Part shown: one piece after another, positions 40,604 through 51,770 of the stretch
Position numbering within the stretch: the first letter of the stretch is position 1
Layout of the letters: the number at the start of each line of letters is the position of its first letter
Source of the DNA: Squalus acanthias
Taxonomy: Eukaryota
Direction: 5' to 3'
DNA length: 64,000 nucleotides
Assembly: GCA_030390025.1 (NCBI GenBank)
Contig: JASTWF010000187.1
Coordinates: 744,001 to 808,000 of the forward strand
Position numbers and translations under genes: made by a program
Notes under the pieces: generated by a model
Told to the model about the DNA's origin: nothing
Databases searched by the model: none
The model's input: only the letters and a program-made list of their open reading frames with translations

Positions 40604-40912
40604 ATCGTTCCTCCAGCAGCGATCCAGTGATTACTCTTCGGCAACCGTCACTAGAACAGGTCTTACTGGAGGCGACGGTGACCTTAACCTGCGTCGTGCC
40701 TGATGCTCCTTATGGAGTCACGGTGTCCTGGACCCGAGGAAAGGAGATGCTGATATCAGAGATTGCGGTTAAACCCGGAGAGGATCCCAACAGCGTGATC
40801 AGCAAGTTAAACATCTCGACACAAGCCTGGCTGAGTGGGGATAAGTTCACCTGCGTGGTGAGCCATCAGCATATGCCGACTGATGTAAGAGCTTCCATCC
40901 ACAAGGAAACAG
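40604..40912 (+). CDS. IGHM: Cmu3 exon ([30 protein letters not shown]...[28 protein letters not shown])
   Basis: Acceptor ttcacag|, donor G|GTGAGC, 309 nt in frame, C1-set motifs. Confidence 0.95.
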
Positions 40913-41044
40913 GTGAGCGGTGAGATTGTAGCAATAAGTGAGACGTTGTGGCTATTTGCTGTGCTTGTGCCAATTCGTTCTATTAAGAGCTTTAATGGAC
41001 TACTCTGATAATTCAGATTGGTAATTCCACTAATTAAATACTCT

Positions 41045-41215
41045 GGGATCCGAGAGTATGCACTTAAGGGGAAGCGAGATAAGTCCATGAGAGAAAAAGG
41101 AATAGAAGGATATGCTACTGGGGTTAGATGAAGTAAGGTGGGTAGAGTCTCCTGTGGAGCATAAACACCGGCACAGAGCTGTTGGGCCTAATGGCCTGTT
41201 TCTGTGATGTAAATT
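41045..41215 (+). mobile_element. Short CR1-type 3' end
   Basis: Resembles LINE ORF2 end plus 3'UTR (...AATAGAAGGATATG...GGAGCATAAACACCGGCAC...GGGCCTAATGGCCTGTTTCTGTG). Confidence 0.6.
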
Positions 41216-41407
41216 TAACTCTTCAAGCTCTCAGAGAGAAGGATTGCATACCCCTCAGCTGCGGGCTGGAAACCGGACAGGGCCCAGAGGGGAAAAAGAG
41301 AATCCTTTAAAACTCAGCATAACGCCCATTTCTCTCACATCTAACCAGCGGTTTCATTGTCTCTGGAATTCTTCAGTTTATTGTACTTTATTGTAATTGC
41401 CCTGCAG

Positions 41408-41754
41408 CTAAAGATCCGCGGCAACCGTCCGTGTCTGTCCTCCTGCCCTCGGCAGAAGAAGTCTTCGCTCAGAGGTCCGTCGCCCTCACCTGCTTAGTGA
41501 GAGGTTTCTACCCTCGAGAGATCTTCGTCAAGTGGACCGTCAATGATAAGCCGGTGAATTCCAGCAACTACAGGAACACCGAGGTGTTGGCGGAGAACGG
41601 CAGCAGTTCCTTCTTCATCTACAGCCTGTTATCCATTGCAGCAGAAGAGTGGGCCAGCGGCGCTTCTTACTCCTGTGTGGTGGGACATGAAACGATCCCC
41701 TTGAAGATCATCACCAGAACGGTCAATAAATCCAGCGGTAAACAATGTTTGTGA
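41408..41754 (+). CDS. IGHM: Cmu4 exon plus truncated secretory tail (...[15 protein letters not shown]); internal TM donor after 41737
   Basis: Acceptor cctgcag|; [17 protein letters not shown]...YSCVVGHE; G|GTAAA donor gives a 330-nt exon; ancestral tail [16 protein letters not shown] persists out of frame to 41798. Confidence 0.95.
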
Positions 41755-41826
41755 ACATTTCCTTTGTACTGATGGACTCCGTCAATTCTTATCAATGAGA
41801 AACTCTCTATTACATTTAATTTCTTA

Positions 41827-41842
41827 AATAAAAATCAATAAA
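41827..41842 (+). terminator. Secretory-form polyadenylation signals (two AATAAA)
   Basis: AATAAA at 41827 and 41837, about 30 bp after the ancestral tail stop. Confidence 0.8.
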
Positions 41843-42002
41843 AGCCTTTTCTTCTAATCGTGAGTTAAACACACAGCCGCTCAATTAATTTTGTTTCCCA
41901 TTTTTGCCAAGGGGCGAGCTGTTTATCTGAAGTAGGGTGTTTGCGGATCTAGGGCCAAAGGCTTGTAACGCCAGCGCTCCCAGCTCAGATTTCATCACGG
42001 GT

Positions 42003-44375
42003 TAGAACATAAGAACATAAGAAATAGGAGCAGGAGTAGGCCATTTGGAGCTTCGAGCCTGCTCCGCCATTCAATAAGATCATGGCTGATCTTCTACCTC
42101 ATCTCCACTTTCCTGAACTTTCCCCATATCCCTTGATTCCCTTAATATTCAAAAATCTATCGATCTCTGTCTTGAATATACTCAACGACTGAGCCTCCAC
42201 AGCCCTCTGGGGTAGAGAATTCCAAAGATTCACCACCCTCTGAGTGAAGAAATTTCTCCTCATCCCAGTCCTAAATGGCCGACCCCTTATTCTGAGACTG
42301 ACCCCTGGTTCTAGACTCCCCAGCCAGGGGAAACATCCTCCCTGCATCTACCCTGTCAAGACCTGTAAGAATTTTGTATGTTTCAATAAGATCACCTCTC
42401 ATTTTTCTAAACTCTGGAGAATATAGGCCTAGTCTACTCAATCTGTCCCCATCGGACAATCCCCCATCCCACGAACTAGTCTGGTGAAACTTCGTTGCAC
42501 TCCCTCTATGGTAAGTATATCCTTCCTTATGTAAGGAGACCAAAACTGTACACAATACCCCAGGTGTGGTCTCACCAGGGCACGATACAATTGGAGTAAG
42601 ACGTCTTTACTCTTATACTCAAATCCTCTTGTAATAAATCCAAAATACCATTTGCTTTACTAATTGCTTGCTGTACATGAATATTAGCTTTCAGTGATTC
42701 GTGTACAAGGACACCCAGATCCCTTTGAACACCAACATTTCCCAAACTCTCTCCATTTAAAAAATACTCTGCTTTTCTGTTTTTCCTACCAAAGTGGATA
42801 ACCCTTACATTTCTCCACATTATATTCCATTTGCCATGTTCTTGCCCACTCACTTAGCCTGTCTATATCCCCTTGAAGCCTCCTTGCATCCTCCTCACAA
42901 CTTACATTCCCACCCAGCTTTGTATCATCAGCAAACTTGGATATATTACATTTGGTCCCCTCATCCAAATCATTGATGTAGATTGTGAATAGCTAAGTTC
43001 CAAGCACTGATCCTTGAGGCAACCCAGTAGTTACAGCCTGCCAACCTGAAAATGACCCGTTTATTCCTACTCTCTGTTTTCTGTTGGTTAACCGATCCTC
43101 AATCAATGCTAGTATATTACCCCCAATCCCATGACCCATGATTGTGTTTAATAACCTGTTATGTGGCACGTTATCGAATGCCTTCTGAAAATCCAAATAT
43201 ACCACATCCACTGGTTCCCCCTTATCTAATCTGCTAGTTGCAGACTCAAAAAACTCTAACAGATTTGTCAAACAAGATTTCTCTTTCATAAATCCGTGTT
43301 CACTCTGTCCAATCCCATGACCCATAATTTTGTTTAATAACCTGTTGTGTGTCACCTTATCGAATGCCTTCTGAAAATCCAAATATACACATCCACTGGT
43401 TCCCCTTTCTCTATTCTGTTAGTTACAACCTCAGAAAACTCTAACAGATTTGTCAAACACGATTTCTCTTTCATAAATCTGTGTTGACTCTGTCCAATCC
43501 TATTATTATTTTCTAAGTGCCTTGTTAGCACGTCCTTAATAGATTCTAGCATTTTCCCTCCTACTGATGTCGGGCTAACTGGTCTGTGGTTCCCCGTTTT
43601 ACCTCTACCTCCTTTCTTAAATAGCGGTCTTACATTTGCTACCTTCCAATCCGCAGGAACCGTTCTGGAATCTATGGAATTTTGGATAATGACAACCACT
43701 ATCTCTATAGCAAATTCTTTCAAAACCCGCGGATGTAGGCTATCAGGTCCAGGGGATTTATCGGCTTTCAGTCCCATTAATTTCTCCAGTACTACTTTTT
43801 ACCAATACTAATATCTTTAGCTCCGTATTCTCCACTATTTCCAGGAAGTTTTTTGCGTCTTCTTCCGTGAAGACAGACAAAAAGTATTTGTTTAATTTCT
43901 CTGCCATTTCCTTATTCCCGATTATAATTTCTCCGTTCTCAGCCTGTAAGGGACCCACATTTACTTTCGCTAATATTTTCCCTTTAACATACCTATAGAA
44001 GCTTTACAATCTGTTTTTATGTCTCTCCCCATAGTGTACTCTTATATTCCATTTTCCCTTTCCTTTTCAATTTCTTGGTCCACTTTCGCTGAACTCTCAT
44101 ACCCTCCCAATCCCGTGTCTTACTACTCTTTTTGGCAGAATTATAAGCCTCTTCCTTTGAGCTAATGCCATCTTTAACTTCTCTTGTTTGCCATGGTAGG
44201 ACCACTTTTCCTGTGGGGTTTCTGTGCCTCAAAGGAATGTATATTTGTTGTAAATTATGTATTAATTCTTTAAATGCAATCCATTGCTGGTCCACTGTCA
44301 TACCTTTTAATGTAGTTTCCCAATCCAGCTTAGTCAACTCGCCCCTCACACCTATGTCGTTTGCTTTGTTAGAGA
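42003..44375 (-). mobile_element. Degenerate 5'-truncated CR1 LINE
   Basis: Fragmented RT ORFs (KSPGPD, DFQKAFD, PQGSVLG, SKFADD); 3' tail reads (AGAACATA)n on +. Confidence 0.95.
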
Positions 44376-44599
44376 CAGAGTGAAGCTCTCTCACTACAGA
44401 TTTCCTCAAAGTGACTTCAGCAAATTTCCTCCTGCTGGGGGAATCTGAAAAATCCCATTTCAACAAACCAACGCTGCACATTTACATCTCGGTTTCCCTG
44501 TTTCTCCTGTTGTCCATTCCTTCAGAATTGGGGACAGTTTTAAGTTGCAGCATCGCAAACACTGAAGAGAGGGCCACACAGGAACACGAACTGTATCTC

Positions 44600-45990
44600 G
44601 CAATTCCCCGCCAGAGAGAGGGGAAAGAGCAATTGTTAACCCACCGTACCGCCGACTCTCCCACCAGAGAGAGGATAAGGAGCAAATGATTACCCACTGT
44701 ACCTCGCAATCCTCCACCAGAGAGAGGGGAAAGGGCAATTGTTAACCCTCTGTACCCAACAATCTCCCACCAGAGAGAGGGGAAAGGGCAATTGTTAACC
44801 CACTGTACCCCACAATCTCCCACCAGAGAGAGGGGAAAGGGCAACTGTTAACCCACTGTACCCCACAATCTCCCAGCAGAGAGAGGGGAAAGGGCAATTG
44901 TTAACCCACTGTACCCCACAATCACCCACCAGAGAGAGAAGAAAGGGCAATTGTTAACCCACTGTACCCCACAATCTCCCACCAGAGAGAGGGGAAAGGG
45001 CAACTGTTAACCCACTGTACCCCACAATCACCCACCAGAGAGAGAAGAAAGGGCAATTGTTAACCGACTGTACCCCCAGTCCCCCACCAGAGAGAGGGGA
45101 AAGGGCAATTGTTAACCGACTGTACCCCCAGTCCCCCACCAGAGAGAGGGGAAAGGGCAATTGTTAACCCACTGTACCCGCCCTCACCCACCAGAGAGAG
45201 GGGAAAGGGCAATTGTTAACCCACTGTACCTCCCACTCCCCCACCAGAGAGAGGGGAAAGGGCAATTGTTAACCCACTGTACCCCCACTCCCCCACCAGA
45301 GAGAGGGGGAAGGGCAATTGTTAACCCACTAGACCCCCACTCCCCCACCAGAGAGAGGGGAAAGGGCAATTGTTAACCCACTATACCTCCCAATCCCCCA
45401 CCAGAGAGAGGGGAAAGGGCAATTGTTAACTCACTGTACCCGCACTCCCCACCAGAGAGAGGGGAAAGGGCAATTGTTAACCCACTAGACCCCCACTCCC
45501 CCACCAGAGAGAGGGGAAAGGGCAATTGTTAACACCCTGTACCCCCACTCCCCACCAGAGAGAGGGGAAAGGGCAATTGTTAACCCACTAGACCCCCACT
45601 CCCCCACCAGAGAGAGGGGAAAGGGCAATTGTTAACCCACTAGACCCGCACTCCCCCACCAGGGAGAGGGGAAAGGGCAATTGTTAACCCACTAGATCCA
45701 CACTCCCCCACTAGAGAGAGGGGAAAGGGCAATTGTTAACCCACTAGACCCGCACTCCCCCACGAGAGAGAGGAAAGGGCAATTGTTAACCCTCTGTACC
45801 CCCACTCCCCCACCAGAGAGAGGGGAAAGAGCAATTGTTAATCCACTGTACCGCCACTCCATCACCAGTGACCTTGGGGGAAAGGCCAATTATGAACCCA
45901 CTGTACCCTCCACTCCCCCATTAGAGAGCTGGGGAAAGGGCAATTGTTAATCTGCTGTACCTCCCATTTCCCCACCCGAGAGAGAGGGGG
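44600..45990. repeat. 53-54-bp minisatellite (~25 copies) in the Cmu4-TM1 intron
   Basis: Unit CCACCAGAGAGAGGGGAAAGGGCAATTGTTAACCCACTGTACCCCCACTCCC-like; period 53 (44771 to 44824). Confidence 0.95.
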
Positions 45991-47081
45991 GGGGGCGAGT
46001 AAACCAATCTGTACTATATAAAGTCAGTTGTTATTAGTAAAAGTCAGCTTCTAACTCACTGTCCGAAAATGTTAAAATTGCCCCATGGAAATCATATTGT
46101 AAAATAAATATTTTTTCATCGTATTATCTTTAAATAGGTTTTGGGGTAAATATGTCCCTTTTATTCGTAAACTAACATGTTGTATTCTAACAGTCCAGAT
46201 CTAAACTGGTGATTGAATCCTCTCCTGGTTTCTCCCGGTTTTGTTTCTGATGGAGCTGAGGCCCATTGGTTGAAATGTTGCATTCCACCCGCTCTGTGCA
46301 CACTTACACATAAACACACACAGACTTACACACAAACACACATTAACACACTGACACAGAATATTACACATACCCAGATTAAAATACACTCAACACAGAA
46401 ACATAAACTAAAGCAAAACAAGTGATAGTCATACATACATAGGCAAACACTAAAGTGCACAGAAACATCAGGCTATAGAAGAATGTAGAGTTAAAGTGCA
46501 CTTTTTGAACGGGCACAATCTCCAACGATTGTACTGAATAAATAATTCCTGATAACATAACATCTCACATTTCTCTATTCCGGTCCTACACATACACTGA
46601 ATCAAAGTTCCTAGTTGGAAACTGAGACAATTTAATTATGTTCAGAGCATTGCCATAACAAATAAAAATACATAAGCTTATAGCTCACATCTGATCTCTT
46701 ACCCTGTCACCTTGACACTCTCCAAATAAGTAGCTATCTAAACCTATCGTTAAAATAATCGATATCAATCAGTAAACCTGCCTCGATATTTCATCATATT
46801 AGTCCCGAACGATAGATCGTAAGAAATTGATGGAAAATCACGTTTAATAATATCACGTTTTCCAACACGGACTACATGAGGATCGTAAAGGAAGAGCGAC
46901 TGTGGAGTTAGGAACAGAGATAGATGCTGAGAGTTATTCACTTCACACAAGATATATATTGAAAATAAAATTAGAGAAAAAACTAAGACCTTAAGGAAAG
47001 GAAAAGAGAATACATAATAATAAAATGATATCCTGGATTAATAGACGATCTGAATATATTTCCTCCTCTACATCCCCGTAG

Positions 47082-47209
47082 ATTCCTCAGAACACATCTG
47101 GATTGAAGACTTTGAGGACGAGAGCGAAAACATCAGGACAACCGCTTCCACATTCATCATCCTGTTCTTCCTCAGCATGTCCTACAGCGCTGCCGTCACT
47201 CTGGTGAAG
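47082..47209 (+). CDS. IGHM: IgM TM1 exon (DSSEHIWIEDFEDESENIRTTASTFIILFFLSMSYSAAVTLVK)
   Basis: Acceptor cccgtag|, acidic spacer, conserved antigen-receptor TM motif (TASTF..LF.LS..Y...VTL.K), phase-0 donor |GTGAGA. Confidence 0.93.
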
Positions 47210-47349
47210 GTGAGAAGATTCAATCCACTCACACTTCGACCTGACTGAAGCGGTTTGACAAATCTCTAAAAGTTTCATTGATAAAAACCCTGAGCTAAAT
47301 GTCCCAGACCACTAAAACTCTGCTACATTCTTTTATCCCTCTTTCACAG

Positions 47350-47403
47350 GCCAGGAGATGGTTGAATTTTGGACGCCGTGGATTTTCCTCATCTTTTTAT
47401 TAA
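47350..47403 (+). CDS. IGHM: Putative TM2 exon (ARRWLNFGRRGFSSSFY*)
   Basis: Strong polypyrimidine acceptor ctttcacag| 140 bp after TM1; reading frame runs to TAA at 47401. Confidence 0.55.
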   Translation, partial: ARRWLNFGRRGFSSSFY

Positions 47404-48269
47404 CGTCGCTGTGTTCTGAATATAAAATATGTCCTCTTGGTGAATCTCAACGTAAAATGCCCCCAGTTAAAAGATCCGAATCTATAGCTGAGAAAAATAC
47501 AAACGGGATTTCCGTCTTTCTGTTTGAAATGTGTGAGTTAATCGTGGCTATAATGTAAATGTATCTTAGAGTTGTTTGAATATTTCACGTGTAAATAAGT
47601 CACTTTTCTCATTCCTAATTCACAATTGTTCCCTACCCTTTATGCGGAGCCCCTGTTTTCTCTCTCTGGTGTCTGTTGCAGATGTACAGATAGCTGGCAG
47701 CTCAGACCGACCGTGTTCAGTTCTCAATGTGACGCTCAGTTATTATATTCACTTTGTGTTACCTTTTCAAACCGTTCTCTGTAAATCCTACTCTGTGAAA
47801 TTGTTCATAAATCTGGAATGACAAATTGACTAACTTAGACTTTGCTGATTTCCTTTCTCCGAGGTCCTCCACACCACTCTATTTTCCCTCTCGCACTTTC
47901 TTTATTTCCCCGACAGGTATCTTTCATCCGTCCTGTCTGGGTTGTCATTGAACTCAAGTCTCTTCGGTTAAGGAGCCGCTGCGTCACCCAGTGTCCCATC
48001 AGAGAAAATACACCTTTACCCAGACATTTTTATGTCAAGCCCGAAAGGTGCAATGACTGCACAGTGACCAAGTAGTCTCCTCTAATATTATGACCTGTAG
48101 AGTCACATGTCAGGTTCTATTAACGAGCAGGTCGCTGCTCCATCACAGCCTGATACAGTGCAGTACATGGCACAGTAAATCTCCCACTAAACGCCCCATC
48201 AAACACTCCCAGGGCAGGTAGAGCACGGGTCAGATACAGAGTAAAGCTCGTGAACACTGGCCCATCAAA

Positions 48270-48452
48270 AATGATTTAATTTATTGGTCTGCAATTGTAA
48301 AGTACACATGCTTTGTTTTCCATCTATATATGCTCTGGCGATTCTGTATCCAATTTACTTCACCTGAGGAAGGAGCGATAGCTCCGAAAGCTTGTGATTT
48401 CAAATAAAACTGTTGGACTATAACCTGGTGTTGTGCGACCTCTCAATTTTGT
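48270..48452 (+). mobile_element. Penelope-like 3' end fragment
   Basis: Shares GCTCCGAAAGCTTGT...TGTTGGACTATAACCTGGTGTTGTGCGAC with 33315-33373; flanked by direct repeat CCATCAAA (48262, 48453). Confidence 0.8.
48360..48397 (+). ncRNA. Minimal type I hammerhead ribozyme motif
   Basis: TCAC-CTGAGGA-A-GGAGC(GATA)GCTCC-GAA-AGCT-T-GTGA; perfect stems I and II; covaries with the 33292 copy. Confidence 0.78.
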
Positions 48453-50374
48453 CCATCAAACACTCCCAGGGCAGGTACAGCACGGTTAGATACAGAGTAA
48501 AGCTCCCTCTAGACTGTCCCATCACACATTCCCAGGGCAGGTCCAGCACGGTTAGATACGGAGTAAAGCTCCCTCTACACTGTCCCATCTCACATTTCCA
48601 GGGCAGGTGCAGCACGGGTTAGATACAGAGTAAATCTCCCTCTACACTGTCCCATCAAACACTCCCAGGGCAGGTACAGCACGGTTAGATACAGAGTAAA
48701 GCTCCCTCTACACTGTCCCATCTCACATTTCCAGGGCAGGTACAGCAAGGGTTAGATACAGAGTAAATCTCCCTCTACACTGTACCATCAAACACTCCCA
48801 GGGCAAGTACAGCACGGTTTAGATATAAAGTAAATCTCCCTCTACACTGCCCATCAAACACTCCCAGGGCAGGTGCAGCACGGGTCAGATACAGAGTAAA
48901 GCTCCCTCTACACTGTCCAATCAAACACTCCCAGGGCAGGTACAGCACGGGTTAGATACAGAGTAAAGCTCCATCTACACTGTCCCATCAAACACTCACA
49001 GGGCAGGTACAGCACGGGTTAGATACAGAGTAAAGCTCCCTCTACACCGTCCAATCAAACACTCCCAGGGCAGGAACAGCACGGGTTAGATACAGAATAA
49101 AGTTCCCTCTACACTGTCCCATTAAACACTCCCAGGGCAGGTACAGCAAGGTTAGATACAGAGTAAAGCTCCCTCTACACTGTCCCATCTCACATTTCCA
49201 GGGCAGGTACAGCAAGGGTTAGATACAGAGCAAATCTCCCTCTACACTGTACCATCAAACACTCCCAGGGCAAGTACAGCACGGTTTAGATATAAAGTAA
49301 ATCTCCCTCTACACTGCCCATCAAACACTCCCAGGGCAGGTGCAGCACGGGTCAGATACAGAGTAAAGCTCCCTCTACACTGTCCAATCAAACACTCCCA
49401 GGGCAGGTACAGCACGGGTTAGATACAGAGTAAAGCTCCATGTACACTGTCCCATCAAACACTCACAGGGCAGGTACAGCATGGGTTAGATACAGAGTAA
49501 AGCTCCCTCTACACCGTGCAATCAAACACTCCCAGGGCAGGTACAGCACGGGTTAGATACAGAGTAAAGTTCCCTCTACACTGTCCCATCAAACACTCCC
49601 AGGGCAGATACAGCACGGTATAGATACAGAGTAAAACTCCCTCTACAGTGTCCCATCAAACACTCCCAGGGCAGGTACAGCATGGGTTAGATACAGAGTA
49701 AAGCTCCCTCTACACTGTCCCATCAAACACTCCCAGGGCAGGTACAGCACTGGTTAAATACAGAGTAAAGTTCACTCTACACTGTCCCCATCAAACACTT
49801 CCAGGGCAGGTACAGCACGAGTTAGATACAGAGTAAAGCTCCCTCTACACTTTCCCATCAAACAGTCCCAGGCCAGGTATAGTACGGTTCGATATCTGAC
49901 ACAGACACGCCTGGGAGCTCAACACCTGGGAGTGATTCTCAGAGCCTTGTGCCAATCAGACACACAAGCACTACCTCGACCGTTTTCTGTTATACACATA
50001 GACTCTCCATTTTTCAGTAGTACACACAAAGTGTCTCCCGCTTTTAGACCGTATTTGAGACAGATGAGAGGAGGGATCACATCGTGTCCGCGGGTATTTT
50101 TGTGTCTTCTGGGCAAATGGGATATAGGTTGTGTGATAGACGGGCAAAATGCTATTCTGTTTCAATATAATTTTAGTTTTGTTCAGGCCACATTTGCGAG
50201 TGGAACCCTCCTCACGGGCCGGGCTCTATAGAATGTATTTTTTATTGGAATAACCTCTTTAAAGGAGTCGCGAGTCCAAATGTTTTACAAAGACCACGGA
50301 GAAGAGTAATCACTTCCAAAACTTCTCCAATCTCAGCAACACCCATTAACCCTGACCCTCTGTCTCCTGATTCC

Positions 50375-51770
50375 TGATTACCTTTCTCCCTTATCTCCTC
50401 CATTCCCTCTGACACCATCTACCTGATCTCATTGAACCTCACCCCAGGGATCCTTTCTCCCTGCTCTCCTCCAGTCCTTCTGATACCATCTACCTGATCT
50501 CATTGAACATCACCCCAGGGATTCTTTCTCCCTGCTCTCCTCCATTACCTCTGATACCATCTACCTGAACTCATTGATCATCACCCCAGGGATTCTTCCT
50601 CCCTGCTCTCCTCCAGTCCCTCTGATACCATCTACCGGAACTCATTGATCATCACTCCAGGGATCCTTTCTCCCTGCTCACCTCCATTCCCACTTGTACC
50701 ATCTCCCTCACCTCATTGAATATCACCCCAGAAATCCTTTCTCCCTGCTCTGTACCATGCCCCCTGATATCATCTCCCTGAATTCACTGATCATCTCCCC
50801 AGGGATACTTTCTCTCGGCTCTCCTCCATTCCCACTGACACCATCTACCAGAACTCACTGATCATCACCCCAGGGATCCTTTCTCCCTGATCTCCTCCAT
50901 CACCCAGAGAGTGGTGAATCTATGGAATTCTCTTCCACAGAAGGTTGTTGAGGCCAGTTCGCTAAATATATTCAAAAGGGAGTTAGATATAACACTCACA
51001 ACTAAGGGGATCAAGGGGTATGGCGAGAAAGCAGGAATGGGGTACTGAGGTAGCATGTTCAGCCATGAACGCATTGAATGGCGGTGCAGGCTCGAAGGAC
51101 CGAATGGTCTACTCCTGCACCTATTTTCTATGTTTCTATGTTTCTATTCCCTCTGATACCAAATACCTGAACTCACGGATCATCACCCCAGGAATCCTTT
51201 CTCCCTGCTCACCTCCTTTCCCTCTGATACCATCTACCTGAACTCACTGAACGTCACCCAAGGGTTCCTTTCTCCCTGCTCTCCTCCATTCCCTCTCATA
51301 CCATCTACCTGAACTCATTGATCATCACCCCAGGGATCCTTTCTCCCTGCTCTCCTCCATTCCCACTTGTACCATCTCCCTCAACTCACTGAATATCACC
51401 CCATGGATCCTTTATCCCTGCTCTGTACCATGCCCCCTGATACCATCTCCCTGAACTCACTGGTCATCACCCCAGGGATCCTTTCTCCCTGATCTCCTCT
51501 ATTCCCTCTGATACCATCTACCTGAACTCACTGAACATCACCCCAGGGATCCTTTCTCCCTGCTCTCCTCCATTCCCTCTCATACCATCTACCTGAACTC
51601 ATTGATCATCACCCCAGGGATCCTTTCTCCCTGCTCTCCTCCATTCCGTCTGATACCATCTACCTGAACTCAGTTAACATCACCCCAGAGATCCTTTCCC
51701 TCTGCTTTCCTCCATTCCCACTGACACTATCGACCTGAACTAACTGAACATCACCCCAGGGATCCATTCT
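50375..51770. repeat. 71-bp pyrimidine-rich minisatellite (~16 copies) interrupted by a CR1 3' end
   Basis: Unit CATCACCCCAGGGATCCTTTCTCCCTGCTCTCCTCCATTCCCTCTGATACCATCTACCTGAACTCATTGAT; period 71 (50440 to 50511). Confidence 0.93.
50900..51145 (+). mobile_element. 5'-truncated young CR1 3' end
   Basis: Near-identical reverse complement of about 56505-56747; (TTCTATGT)n tail. Confidence 0.93.

Larger units (their letters stand above)
28014..47403 (+). pseudogene. IGHM: Germline-joined (VDJ) IgM heavy-chain cluster, pseudogene as assembled
   Basis: Leader, joined VDJ, four Cmu exons, secretory tail and TM exons in order with GT/AG sites. Lesions: TAG at 28313, frameshift near 36672, tail frameshift near 41746. 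Confidence 0.92.
48170..49895 (-). repeat. 67-bp minisatellite (~22 copies), reverse complement of the 33693 unit, interrupted by a Penelope-like fragment
   Basis: Unit TACAGCACGGGTTAGATACAGAGTAAAGCTCCCTCTACACTGTCCCATCAAACACTCCCAGGGCAGG. Confidence 0.95.

Noticed and set aside
28014-47403. Processed retrocopy, IgNAR or IgW
   Set aside because: All introns are present. The V has canonical FR2/CDR2, and the four C exons, tail and TM resemble shark mu rather than IgW/IgNAR.
47358-48075. Small ORFs after TM2, e.g. the signal-peptide-like MVEFWTPWIFLIFLLTSLC
   Set aside because: They lie in the presumptive 3'UTR, with no recognisable domain or supporting exon structure.
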